Source: Mayamaea pseudoterrestris
Taxonomy: Eukaryota
Assembly: GCA_027923505.1 (NCBI GenBank)
Contig: BROI01000001.1
Location: forward strand, 310,001 to 374,000
DNA: 64,000 bases
Direction: 5' to 3'
Below the pieces are notes generated by a model. The model was given only the letters and a program-made list of their open reading frames with translations, was not told the origin of the DNA and ran no database searches. Below, one piece after another: positions 41,101 through 50,454 of the stretch; position 1 is the stretch's first letter, and each line of letters begins with the position of its first letter. Position numbers and translations under genes: made by a program.

Positions 41101-43381
41101 ATACCCCAATAGACATGTCTGTATTGGCTCTTCGCGCGCTCGCATCGTCATCAATTTCAGCCGGGGTATGATCGACCAAATGTTCCGCTGACAACGGTAA
41201 TGGCGGCATCGGCAAGGAGTACTCTGGGTTTATTTCGCCAGCGTTTTCGGTTCCTTCTTCCAAATCATCCAAATCGTCATCATCGTCCCAACCTTGATTT
41301 ATCGTGTCCTCGGCACTGTTTCCACCAACAGCTCCACCCAAGCTCTCACCTGAAAGAAGCCGGTTCATTTGGAAGCCAGAACGCTTTGGCGTATGATCCA
41401 CTATTGGTCCAAATTCCGTCTCATTCTCGGTATCGAAGGGATTTGGAGGAGTATTGACACTACTAGAGCAGGACGCTCCGTCGGCAAGAACGGATATGGA
41501 AGGCGGACCAGCGCGAAGCACATGCTCAGGGACAAATGGGATTTGGTCGATAATGACAACCTGCTCCGCGTGATCCATTTCATGGTGTCCAACAAAGGCA
41601 GAAGGCAAATCATGCCCAAGTGTCAAATTTTGCATTCCTGCTTCGAGTCCTGCTAGCGTGCTACTCTCTGCTTGCGACGGCTCCGTATCGGACATTTTAC
41701 GCCCCAACGCCTTTCCGGCCTGCTCATAGCCATTCTGGTCTGAGTCGGTCTCGGGCTGCTGATCCTCAAAAGTGATCTCTTCCTCCTCGTCATAGGATAG
41801 TCGATGCATATCCTCGTGAAGCTCTGTCAGCGCATTTCCAAACGGTTCCGATACATCAAGCTCGTCCTCACCTTCCCACGCATTGTCAGGTGCACGCTCG
41901 GGACCAGTTTGAACGTCATCAAAAGAAAGTGCTTCAACAGCCGGCAATTCCAAGTCCTTTGTTCCGTCTTGCTCCAGGCGATTGTTATTCTGCGCGGAGC
42001 CTGGCGACGATCCTCCTTCCGATGCTGACCAGTCCACTTTTACAGGCGACTCCTCTAGTCCATCCTCACCTTTAAGCGCTGGCTGCTCATCATTGTCTCG
42101 CGACGTATTGGGCGAGGCAACATTGACAGCCGACAGTTCCAACTCATCGTCGTCCGCCCACGCATTCTCCTGTAATGAAACTACATGATTGTTGGGCGCA
42201 AGCGGCTCCAATTCTTGCAGGGCGCTGGTTGAGGTTGACAAGCCAACTGCTGATAAGTCCAGATCATCCTCCTGCGCCCAGGCATTGTCGTCATCATCAA
42301 TAACGTCAGCGCCTTCTTGCAAAGACTCTAAATTATATTGCTGTCGCTGCTGCATGGCTCCTGCCATTGCCGCCGAGGCTAGCATGTCAACGGCCGACAC
42401 GTTCAAGTCAACCTCATCATCCTGCGCCCAAGCACTAACTTCGGGTACTGCTACTGACAAGTTGTCTGGTACATAGTTCATTCCGTGTAAATACGATTGC
42501 TGCTGACTGCCCGCTGCAGATGATCCCATGTTGACAGCCGCATCGACAGCATCGTCATCCAACGACGCTTTCAATTCCGCTGCAGCAGGATCCGAGTCGA
42601 CGGATACAGAATCTAAAATATCCTCCTGCTCCCATACATTTTCGTCGTGTTCCATTGAAATCGACGCATCTGCTGTTGGATTTGCAAAAGGTTCCGCCAA
42701 ATTGACAGCCTGCAAAACGCCGTCCTGCGTCATGGCAGACTCATCTTGGTCGACTGATAAATCGTCATGCTCATTCCAGCCGTCGTCGTCAGTTTCGAAC
42801 GAAACATTCTCATCAAGTAGCGGCTGCTGCGCCGGCGTGAAAAATTCACTAGGCGCTGTTCGTCGAGGCGTTGCTGCTGCTTGCTGCGTGTTTGACTCAT
42901 AATAGTGCGACTGATTCAAATAGTCAAGGGATGATGCATTGACTGCTTGCTGCTGCTCGTCCTCAGAGTAATCGTCCTCGCCACTTTCCGCTTCTTCTTC
43001 TTCGTTATCATCCGTATGCGTGACTTGCTCAATAAAGGCTGACAGTCGTCCCATGAAGCGACCTCCGCCTCCTGGAGTCATAGTTGCCAAGAGACTCGGT
43101 GGTCGCACCTGCTGCTGCTGATGCTCGTCTTCGTAATACTGGTCAGCAGCTTCGTCCTCCTCCTCGGATGCCTGCTGACTCGAATAATGTTCTTCATCAT
43201 CTTCTTCATATTGCTCCTGCTGCTGCGCGTCCGAGTCATAGTCTTGTCCGGCGCCATGATGACTCTCGTCCTCGTCGCCAATTTGCTGCTGCGCCTCCAC
43301 GCTTTCATCGTCGTCCCCTTCCTCGTCATCGTCCCAGCCATCCTGCACGCCGGCCGCGTGCTTTAGTAGATTCGACCACAT
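35162..43381 (-). CDS. Giant 2739-aa protein: acidic disordered repeat N-half and a long C-terminal coiled coil
   Basis: Uninterrupted 8.2-kb ORF; recurrent W-acidic and [FY]GP[IV]VD[HQ]xP motifs; heptad-rich C-terminal ~1100 aa. Confidence 0.88.
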   Translation of the reverse strand: MWSNLLKHAAGVQDGWDDDEEGDDDESVEAQQQIGDEDESHHGAGQDYDSDAQQQEQYEEDDEEHYSSQQASEEEDEAADQYYEDEHQQQQVRPPSLLATMTPGGGGRFMGRLSAFIEQVTHTDDNEEEEAESGEDDYSEDEQQQAVNASSLDYLNQSHYYESNTQQAAATPRRTAPSEFFTPAQQPLLDENVSFETDDDGWNEHDDLSVDQDESAMTQDGVLQAVNLAEPFANPTADASISMEHDENVWEQEDILDSVSVDSDPAAAELKASLDDDAVDAAVNMGSSAAGSQQQSYLHGMNYVPDNLSVAVPEVSAWAQDDEVDLNVSAVDMLASAAMAGAMQQRQQYNLESLQEGADVIDDDDNAWAQEDDLDLSAVGLSTSTSALQELEPLAPNNHVVSLQENAWADDDELELSAVNVASPNTSRDNDEQPALKGEDGLEESPVKVDWSASEGGSSPGSAQNNNRLEQDGTKDLELPAVEALSFDDVQTGPERAPDNAWEGEDELDVSEPFGNALTELHEDMHRLSYDEEEEITFEDQQPETDSDQNGYEQAGKALGRKMSDTEPSQAESSTLAGLEAGMQNLTLGHDLPSAFVGHHEMDHAEQVVIIDQIPFVPEHVLRAGPPSISVLADGASCSSSVNTPPNPFDTENETEFGPIVDHTPKRSGFQMNRLLSGESLGGAVGGNSAEDTINQGWDDDDDLDDLEEGTENAGEINPEYSLPMPPLPLSAEHLVDHTPAEIDDDASARRANTDMSIGVLAPDDASASAGEDDQMEAYGPVVDHTPLLPDGSEPTMQPSEMTNVGSTAAYAPSLEDVYGLDETECGNGSVGANAWDDEEGYGDDDGILPGANDTEEYECAADFTGAASTASSEPLPTMTSSVKFRIDGLEEIHIVDHTPRDIHDPIDEPANDPSLFALATARDLSRDSGDGDDEEIYDDENDFDYGPVVDQTPPTPGGAACSALSTANSMAVLGEASEFIDDDAMDSTVGGTEGWEQVELELDEDQTLLVDHTPSEMGSPAFRATNSSIIVLADATSAKDDDSVADHDSAGDVGVGFGPIVDQTPQTPVYSPFGFREDSIAAQAQDLDTIDESASENNKEEVNDDGDGGDTINEDGQSILRSFQDLLVDHIPSRRERYGDASTMVAADPSEVMSEVDDMVGMEDNFGPVVDQIPPTRPNASINLPSMAESATGSTVAFAPASIAADDLDAEDETRIEEEENFPNPQSGGDEENDMNENVLVGEDDNEQVVDILPAHDGAEVLDREDNREALSEITIGGALSLLLPLAEEEFGPVVDQLPQPRGSLSRSGLTSSSDASQLSPSECRSMIREDLASARSDNASPVGKSNVVIDHLPGRLRSKRASGSNSSIGESQLLEDEDEEEDNSKFGPIVDQLPTSTVPSCGGSTVDAMANVSEAASDDGVWDDDVDMDVSESGVSDGTALRTAMATRTAFRRQEENDRNVSVRFDTAANSSRAMDLNETEYYDILERTDATDGTQNLDSTLPRLLHGNGWFDGNVDMGGSLELTHPYLKSFAEADTPPSTPHRRYEDGERSPTLLLASFRCMTCESGSTMECPCIKKLLQANNEDGSLIGKVRTPDGVEIALNFSELLEREMMKRSFVEHESTELRKVLDAHKLNDSMRAAKQSELELEVASLQRSNAMMEQKLATLESKNATIENERNNFETKYNEARLSVSCKEVEHASAYSQNAALISEVESLKHLLNGAAGNSSTDADQSNFLKDELALKTKECANLTAEISELRIMAIEFQEQRLSHQHELAAVEAKMKQLSEEQQQNLSEAHAVILRGENALKENQDTSSKLVAELDKFRKENTDLNRTMESLNTNHANELRELYRSIDKKSAEVERLKNLGQESDRMRTALISDLSCQRSLAEETENMAAELLAVAKERDVLQASLADSKEVIAALQKLIDEQGLRKEELEGRRETELSHWKAEASRLAILMADQEAGFASERNCLSEELDEARRQLVDLVSVKTSLESSLDGALKRAAETDDMTAVLRCDNQALQSELSRALKENQELEENRKKTTSHLAALGRSLERKEKECQAIAKNASDCGARLVAKEHELSALLLRCQSLSSEVESLMDIRKKLQVQLSDSLAASDQKMADALSLHQEELICRDDKIDTLSNHLDEIKSQADQRERQFDQLVVRCQAAEDLATRAIEDAQTREGELTVRFEQTVRAHQEEQQLLADTLSQQSAAHQSLTVERNQLSDECKILSAQVFQLQELQQRLESESNIWASREQELNGKIAKLSSTVEGLSEKKERLGQQLVAGGCISQDYDILNDRYTKLQQECSILVEKSRLIEQRDEELALARNEVLVLTEENEEILVQFGLLKQQLDESEGRVDTLQLELQSICQSSGQYEGAVLIKSDSRNDNSVRQELDDALQKQAEMKERLSKVVSERDSLTRTVASLESSFHKQKSTLLSKLDAIAQEKDGLLRAGSDPTNESLEAEVSRLSEQLQSSLAKVQELDHMKAMAKEKELAFIKLQDDLRVANDALSMAQDQLDVSQATLAADAKVDACAIAVNDLENLESQLGASEIIAEYEKRMEALQHELTVKESTLYEKSELVSKLQESLTQLRDQLSLQGSHAFGHSINFNHLHQSLQLATVDEESSDKLRAELKAVTQELKATQEKLARKEDELTHVVAPKAYEGEPVGDVQSLHSHVISLAVALERSETKRAEAIAKLIDEREASAESLRRLSESVKRFYASVSYGDV

Positions 43382-43671
43382 GCGACAACTTTCAAGTGTA
43401 TTAATCTGTACTACTTTAATATGTTTGATCTGTTTGCTGTTGCATTTGCGCGCCGCCGAAAACCCCCATGGTGCCAGCGTGCGTTACATGACGTCTGTCC
43501 GTTGCAACGCGTGTGTCGTAGTCAGTCGTGTTGCGACTAACGTGACGGTGCGTGACGGTCGATCAGTCGATCACAGATCAACACAAACACAAGCTTGGCT
43601 ATTACTTCCCCTTGCCTGCTCCTCTTGCAGTAGAATCATACATACTCGCCTCTTGATACAATACTTGAAGT

Positions 43672-44712
43672 ATGAGCAACTTGTTAATGCAGCGGCTCCA
43701 ATCGATTCAGCTGTTCAATCGAATGCAGCAGCGCTACCACGAGACGATTCGGATCGCTCTCACGACGCGTCAGCTGGGAGACATCAAGGCAGCCTTGCTG
43801 CAGGAAGCTCGAAGCAGCAGCAGTACAAATGCAGCCACGTCAATGCCGTCCAATGGAGTGAATCAAACGGCCATTTCGCTTCTTCGAGTCGAGCAGCAGT
43901 GGTCGCTCATGAAATATCATGGCGTTGCAGAGTATTGTCGCACGGTTTGGGCGCAACACAAAGTCAATCAACAACGACTACTTTACAATTCATCGGGTTT
44001 TGACATTGGCAGCAACTCAGAATCTCCCTCGGCTGATATAGCTCCATCGCATTCTTCTTCTCCTGCATCATTGAGCAGCAGCTCCAACAATTCAAAGATT
44101 GCCGTCATGATTACCAATCGCATGAAGCACGCACTCATTCACGATTTGAACTATCACGAAAAGGAGCAAATTAACAAATTGACGCCACTCCAAGCAAGTT
44201 TGATATTGCAACACAACTTGAAAGCACCGCCGCTACTGAAAAATGATGATACCAACGACGATCACGTCTTGGAGCAGGTGCAAACGTTTCAACACCGACT
44301 GGCGGAGCTGGAGCGCAACCATTACGACCAAGAGGAACGGATGCGAGACTTACAAGCGCAATCAATCGCTGCCGCACAGCAGGAGAGTGAAACATTGGCA
44401 GCGTCAAAGGCTGTAGAGGCGGATGAAAGGGGCCGAGTAGAGGAACAGCCAAATGCTGCTCGAACGGCAGCTGACGACAGTAACGTTCTTTCGAAAGCAC
44501 CATCTCAAATCAACAACGAAAGTGCGGCAGTTGTAAACAAGCCTCGATTGTCTCCATTATCATTCTTGAGCGCATCGGCGAGTCGTAACGTGCTTGCTGT
44601 CAAGGAGAAGTCGAATGAAACTTCGACACTAGCAACGGATAATGCAGAAACGTCAACGTCTGCAACTGGCAGCATCAGCATGGGCGTTGCTACCGACAAG
44701 AAAGCAGTTTAA
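43672..44712 (+). CDS. Hypothetical protein (346 aa)
   Basis: ATG ORF divergent from the giant gene; contains a compact MITNRMKHALIHDLNY...INKLTPLQASLIL block within low-complexity sequence. Confidence 0.7.
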   Translation: MSNLLMQRLQSIQLFNRMQQRYHETIRIALTTRQLGDIKAALLQEARSSSSTNAATSMPSNGVNQTAISLLRVEQQWSLMKYHGVAEYCRTVWAQHKVNQQRLLYNSSGFDIGSNSESPSADIAPSHSSSPASLSSSSNNSKIAVMITNRMKHALIHDLNYHEKEQINKLTPLQASLILQHNLKAPPLLKNDDTNDDHVLEQVQTFQHRLAELERNHYDQEERMRDLQAQSIAAAQQESETLAASKAVEADERGRVEEQPNAARTAADDSNVLSKAPSQINNESAAVVNKPRLSPLSFLSASASRNVLAVKEKSNETSTLATDNAETSTSATGSISMGVATDKKAV

Positions 44713-45093
44713 TTTTGCCGAAGATGAAACGAGTGGACGGATGGGAGCGATGACTGTCCTTAAATTGACCGGTGGTACTGTTATGGGCAGGCCATGACGC
44801 CCTTGCGACGAGTAGCGACAGACTATATAGAATTGCGACTCGGGAATGAGGTTTCCTCTCACTTGACTGGTTGATTGCACACTTGCACAAGCATGGTTTG
44901 CTGGCGTACGACTTATGCAATAGCGACGGACGGATCGATTCTATAAATCCAGTCCGCGTTGTCATTTCAAAAGTAATTTTATTCGGCAACGATTTATAAG
45001 GCAGGAGCTCAAATGACGACCGATCAACCACGCTACATTTAGACTTTGTTTAGCTTTTGCTAAATGACGACAAAGTTGTAGCTAGCTATCCAT

Positions 45094-45572
45094 TTACTTT
45101 CCTCCAGTGGACTCAATCTTGGACTTCATTTCCGAAATCTTGGCGTCCATGCGATCCTCGGCCTCCTTTTCCAGCTTCTTGATCTCATTCTCAAAATCAC
45201 TACTATCGTTAAACACCTTTTCGGCGGAGAGGCTCGATGCGCTGACAAAAGTAGGTCTGTTTAATGCGATGCAAAGGGAATGGGAAGAAAAGGTGAGAAT
45301 CTGCCATGCACGTCGACTAAGCACGTCCAGACCCATTCGGTTCGACCCAATGGCATTCGAACAAGAATCCGCAAAAATAGCCGCAAGAATCGCTCATGAA
45401 TGCTATGAGTTTCGACTCTAGCAAGCAAGTTGCAATATCTTGTTGCATTCAACTGTCAACTCCAATTGAACAAAGTACCCGCCTGGACTCCTATAACTGC
45501 TCACCTCGCAGCCGGAGCAAAGGCGGTGGCGGATGCGCAAAGCGCGGCAAGAACAATAATTTGCTTCATCAT
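45094..45572 (-). CDS. Small plastid-targeted protein (76 aa); exons 45572-45505 and 45256-45094
   Basis: MMKQIIVLAALCASATAFAPAAR then a GTGAG donor; the AACAG acceptor at 45257 continues in frame as PTFVSASSLSAEKVFND...IESTGGK*. Confidence 0.82.
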
Positions 45573-46047
45573 GACTAATAGTAAATGTATTGTTGGACAA
45601 GCACAGTAGAGAGCAACGGCGTTGTTGTTGGAGCTCCCACAAGCCACCCGTCATCGTCGATTCCCCCGGCCGCGGTTGAAGTGCGTCACTGATGATGTTG
45701 GCGGCTGTGCTTACTTAATCAGTCGTGCATGACTTACGAGACTATTCACAATCGTGAATCGTGTTTTCAATTTGTTTTTTCCTTCTTGTAACGGTGCGAC
45801 ATTTAGTGAACTTTCGATGGACGGCCGAGAGCACCATTTTCCGCAACCAACAACTACGGTAGAGCGCAGCGTCTTTCCAACGTGATCATAGCAGTTTCTG
45901 TTTCATGTAAGTCATCTACGGTATCCGGCAAGTGGTTTAAGAATAGCTTTGCAACGAACATAACGGATTCAACGAGTCGGTAGACGAAGCAGAAGCATTG
46001 ACGCATCGGGCCATCAGTCACCCATCGTTTGACCTTTTCTGAACATA

Positions 46048-48822
46048 ATGAAGGACAGTGAGAGCAAGACCGACAGACAAGGTCGCGGAAGTAACAGAAA
46101 GAAGAATCACAACAAGAATTTTCAGCAGAATAAAAATGCCGGCAGCATTAACAGAAACAATAACAGCAGCAACGTCAAGCTCGACTACCCTCCTCACCTC
46201 GACTATCAGACTTGCTTGGATCGTTATCACGACAATCAGCAGCAACAACTAGAGCAGAAACAGTCTATATCATCATCAGTATCTGATTCTGCTACAAATC
46301 CAACTACTACAATTATTCGTGGAAAGTTACGCGTCTTGCCATTCGGCAACGACGGCGACGCTGTCAGTTTTGTTTCCTGCGATCAGGGACGATTCGCGGC
46401 GGATGTTTGCATTCCATCGGCGCTGGAGCGAAATCGCGCCATGCACGGAGATACAGTGTTTGTGGAAATACTTGATGATAGCGATGCGAATGCCGCAGAG
46501 GCGAGTGTAGCAGCAGATGGGAGCGTGGAAATGGTGCAAGGCATTAGCAATTTGAACATTGGCGACGAGCAAGAGACTGCTTGTGAGGAGGTGGACATTG
46601 ACGAAGCCAAAGTAGACGACTTTACATGGCAGGATGATGTTCAGCAAATGGACCTTTGGAACCCTCTCGTCAGCGACATTATCAAGAGCAGTCGGCCCAA
46701 GTCCAACACCCTCAGTAAGACACCTTTGAAAGGCAATCAAGCAAAGGGACGCGTCGTTTGCATCCTTCCTTCAACGTCCATTCACTCGGAGCTTGATTCA
46801 ACAGGGAGTACGATGAAGCAAACTGTTTCGCATAAGTGTATTGTTGGCACGCTCTTTATCATGCAAAGCGGAACAATATTGCTGACTCCAAACAACAAGT
46901 CATTGCCGCAGTTCAAATGCGACCCAGACTCGACGCAAAAGCTTGTTGATGAGCTCAAAGCCAAGGATCCAGAGTTTGCATTGGAACGAACCTTGTTCAA
47001 GGCACAGTATGTGCACGGATCGTGGCTACAGTCACACAAGTGGCCGCCATGCACTCACGTTGAACATTTGGGTGAATCCTTCATCGTTGAAAATGAGATT
47101 CAAGCGCTATTGACCGAGTTTGATGTTGATCATGGCGAGTTTGACACGCAGATATTGGCCGAGGTGGAGTCGGTCGTGGCCAGTGGAGTCTACCGCGACG
47201 ATGCAACTGGTGAAATGGGTTGGAAGCCAACGCTGGCCATGTACGAAAACCGACGCGACTATCGTCAGGAGTGTATCTTTACCATTGATCCAACCACAGC
47301 CAAGGATTTAGATGACGCTTTGCATGTGAAGCAACTGGATGAGCACAGAGTCGAAGTGGGAGTGCATATTGCCGACGTTTCATATTTTGTGCGACCTAAT
47401 TCTCGCGTGGACAAGGAGGCGCTTCGACGATCAACGACGGTGTATTTGGTGGATCGTACCATTCCCATGCTGCCGCGGCCATTGTGCGAGATCGCTTGCA
47501 GCTTGAATGAAAACGTTGAGAGGCTGGCTTTTTCTTGTGTCTGGATTATGAACATGGATGGGACGTTGCGAAGTAAGAGTAATGGCAGTGATGGTGCACC
47601 AATCATCGAGGATGTTTGGTATGGACGAACTGTAATTCGATCATGTGCTCGTTTGGACTACGCGACGGCTCAAAACATAATTGATGGCAAGGTTGCGGCT
47701 ATTGGCGCATCTACCGATGGAAACGATTTGGATGAAGCGCTCTGGCCCTCAAGCCGGCGACCGACTGATGGCCACACGGTGGCGCAGGTCGCTGCCAACG
47801 TGCGACTTCTGCACAAGGTTGGCATGGCAAGGCGCAAGCTGCGGTTCGATCATGGTGCCCTCGCCTTGCATGGTATAAAGCTGTCCTTTACGCTTGACGC
47901 TGATGGGCGAACCCCATTATTGGCAGCGCCATATCCTATACGAGATTCGAATCGCCTTGTTGAAGAGTTTATGCTTCTCGCCAACTTTCTCGTTGCACAA
48001 CGACTCATCACGCACACCGGAGACCTGGCTCTGCTGCGGTGTCATTCGGATCCAAGCGCGGATGGGCTGGATGACGTTGTTGAAATTGCAAAGACGACTA
48101 TGGACTTTGACATTGACACATCGTCCAGTCAGACGCTGCATGATTCACTCATTCGATTCAGTCGCACGTGCGACGAGCTTTTGTTGCAATGTTTCACAAA
48201 TTTGCTCATGACACCCATGCAGCCGGCGGAATACTTTGCTGCTGGATCCAAGCCATCGGAGGAGTGGCGGCACTACGCTTTGAACATTCCCTACTATACG
48301 CACTTTACGAGCCCAATTCGCCGATACCCCGATGTGGTGGTACATCGATTACTGCAGGCGTCGATCGACGGGGCAGCTGCTATAGAACGCTTTCCTTTGG
48401 ACGTTCGATCACTGGAAGCTGTTTGCGAGAATGGAAATGAAAAGAAGAAGGCGTCTAAAGATGCCCAGGAACGGTGCGATCGCGTCTTTCTATCACTGTT
48501 TCTCCACAAGCATCCGAAACAATCGGAGCTCGGGGTTGTTCTTTCAGTTGGCACCACCACCTTTGAAGTCTACCTTCCCAGCCTTGGCACTCGGGCCAAG
48601 CTCTTTTTATTGGATCATCGCGACATGTTAACCTATGCATCGTCGGAGGATGAAGATGGGACGAAGCGAATTTTACTGCAGCGTAAAGCAGATGTTGCCG
48701 GCGAACCATGGGAAACGATTGAAATTGCCGTATTTGTTAAGCTATCAGTGACGATTTTGTGCCGCGACCGTCCACCAGTGGACATTAAGCTCCGACTGGA
48801 AGGTCCATGGAAGGGTCCATGA
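46048..48822 (+). CDS. DIS3L2: RNB-family 3'-5' exoribonuclease, DIS3L2-like
   Basis: RNRAMHGDTV, TIDPTTAKDLDDAL, GVHIADVS, VEEFMLLAN, YTHFTSPIRRYPD; no PIN domain evident. Confidence 0.9.
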   Translation: MKDSESKTDRQGRGSNRKKNHNKNFQQNKNAGSINRNNNSSNVKLDYPPHLDYQTCLDRYHDNQQQQLEQKQSISSSVSDSATNPTTTIIRGKLRVLPFGNDGDAVSFVSCDQGRFAADVCIPSALERNRAMHGDTVFVEILDDSDANAAEASVAADGSVEMVQGISNLNIGDEQETACEEVDIDEAKVDDFTWQDDVQQMDLWNPLVSDIIKSSRPKSNTLSKTPLKGNQAKGRVVCILPSTSIHSELDSTGSTMKQTVSHKCIVGTLFIMQSGTILLTPNNKSLPQFKCDPDSTQKLVDELKAKDPEFALERTLFKAQYVHGSWLQSHKWPPCTHVEHLGESFIVENEIQALLTEFDVDHGEFDTQILAEVESVVASGVYRDDATGEMGWKPTLAMYENRRDYRQECIFTIDPTTAKDLDDALHVKQLDEHRVEVGVHIADVSYFVRPNSRVDKEALRRSTTVYLVDRTIPMLPRPLCEIACSLNENVERLAFSCVWIMNMDGTLRSKSNGSDGAPIIEDVWYGRTVIRSCARLDYATAQNIIDGKVAAIGASTDGNDLDEALWPSSRRPTDGHTVAQVAANVRLLHKVGMARRKLRFDHGALALHGIKLSFTLDADGRTPLLAAPYPIRDSNRLVEEFMLLANFLVAQRLITHTGDLALLRCHSDPSADGLDDVVEIAKTTMDFDIDTSSSQTLHDSLIRFSRTCDELLLQCFTNLLMTPMQPAEYFAAGSKPSEEWRHYALNIPYYTHFTSPIRRYPDVVVHRLLQASIDGAAAIERFPLDVRSLEAVCENGNEKKKASKDAQERCDRVFLSLFLHKHPKQSELGVVLSVGTTTFEVYLPSLGTRAKLFLLDHRDMLTYASSEDEDGTKRILLQRKADVAGEPWETIEIAVFVKLSVTILCRDRPPVDIKLRLEGPWKGP

Positions 48823-48951
48823 TTGACTACGGATAAGTAATCAGCCTTATCAAGTATTTACAATCAAATGTATTAATTTTAGTCGTATAGAATGAAGTAT
48901 TCTGAATAAAAAAGCTGTATTATACTCAGAGCCCGCCTGGCAGTTTCTGCC

Positions 48952-50272
48952 TTACTCAATGGAAGCAAAGAACTCGTCAAGGTCGTCTTCAGCCTCTACC
49001 CCTGCTGCAGCATCATAATTTTCCGCAGTAGGTCCATGCGACGTGGCCTGGTTGTCAGCTGCTTGATTTGCGCAACCATCCTGACTACCATAGTAGTTGG
49101 TGGAGTCCTGCGATGTGGAAAGAGCAGGCTCGACGAAAAGAGTCGATCCATTTGGAAATTGTAATCCGTTCCTCTATGCACTCGGACCAATGTGGTCAGT
49201 CAGGTCGACGCAAAGATCACTGACATGCTACAACGAGTATGATACCATTCACATTTAACAAAATACAATTGGCAGCAAAGGAAAATGACTGCTCTCTGCA
49301 ATCCACAGACCTCTCTTGACTCACCTGGCTACAAACCATAATAATAAATTCTTGTCTAGCTTGTTCATCACCGTCCGTTGGCTTCCAATGGTAAATAACT
49401 AAACCATCGCCCTTGAGCTGCCCAGTTTGTTTGTTTTGATACAAGTGAATCTTTTTCAGCGACGCAAACTCGGCAAACAAGGATGTCAGTGTGGCGACAA
49501 GGTCATTGTGCGAGTCGTTGGCATTATCTGTCGCCGCCGCCATGGTGGCGAGACCCGAAACGTACAGAGACAATGTGTTGTCGGAAGACGAATGAGGCTT
49601 TCGTGCTGGCGGTGCATCATGTTGGTGCTGCTGCTGCTGCTGCTGCATTCGCCGTCGTTCAAGGGCTGCCTGTTGTGCGATTTGTATCTGATTCTCATAC
49701 AATAGCTGCTGCTGAATCTGATGCTCCAACTGCTGCAAATGGCGGTCGCGTTGGCGCGTCAAAAACTCCAAGTTGCGAATCATGGCGAGCCTGCGTCGAT
49801 TGGCTTCCCGCGCCAAGCATTGCTCGCGCTGCACTCGAAAGTATTCTGGTGTCAGTGATGACGAATACTGCTCCTCTTCTCGATTTTGTTGCTGTTGGTC
49901 GATTGTAAACGAAGCAGGTTCTGGTAATGTCTGCTGCTGCTGCTCCTGAGTTTGCTGCTTGAGTCGCTCAATGATTGCCATGGCGCGAACGGTACCTTGC
50001 TGAAGCAATTGTTCCTTTGGATTGAACGTAGTTGATTCGCCAGCGTCATTAGTAACGACTTGATCATTTACTGAATACGCTGGATGATGACCTTGCTTTT
50101 GCTGTCGTTCTTGATTCTGCTGCTCGTGATACTCCATGCACTGCTCCAGAAAGGCTTGCACCGACTGCTGCTGCGAGGCCTCGATGCTACTGCCAGCTGC
50201 TCCATGAGTGTTGCTGCATCCGAGACCAGCCCATGTATTTCCTTCTTCACTGTAATAATAGTCTGAGCTCAT
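48952..50272 (-). CDS. Q-rich RRM protein (HTATSF1/Cus2-type RRM); exons 50272-49325 and 49173-48952
   Basis: SLYVSGL (RNP2) and KIHLYQNKQTGQLKGDGLVIY (RNP1); the intron joins to RNGLQFPNGSTLFVEPA, completing the RRM; ends DDLDEFFASIE. Confidence 0.75.
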
Positions 50273-50454
50273 GTTTAGAGTGTTTGGAGAGCACGAAAGA
50301 CCTTGTGGTTGCGCCTCGGCTGGACGTCATGGTTGCTTGCGAGCGATGTTTAAGCAACGGAGTGTCGTACCGGTATCCGTTTGGCACCGTTGCGACATGG
50401 AATCATGCGAGGATCCCAGCTTCAAAACATCCATCACATTCATCGTCATGGAAC

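Noticed and set aside
43380..44003. 207-aa ORF with a signal-like start
   Set aside because: Starts on top of the giant gene's start codon and overlaps 43672-44712 in another frame; no recognisable features.
49626..49647. CAG/CTG trinucleotide run
   Set aside because: Ordinary poly-Gln coding tract in the RRM protein.
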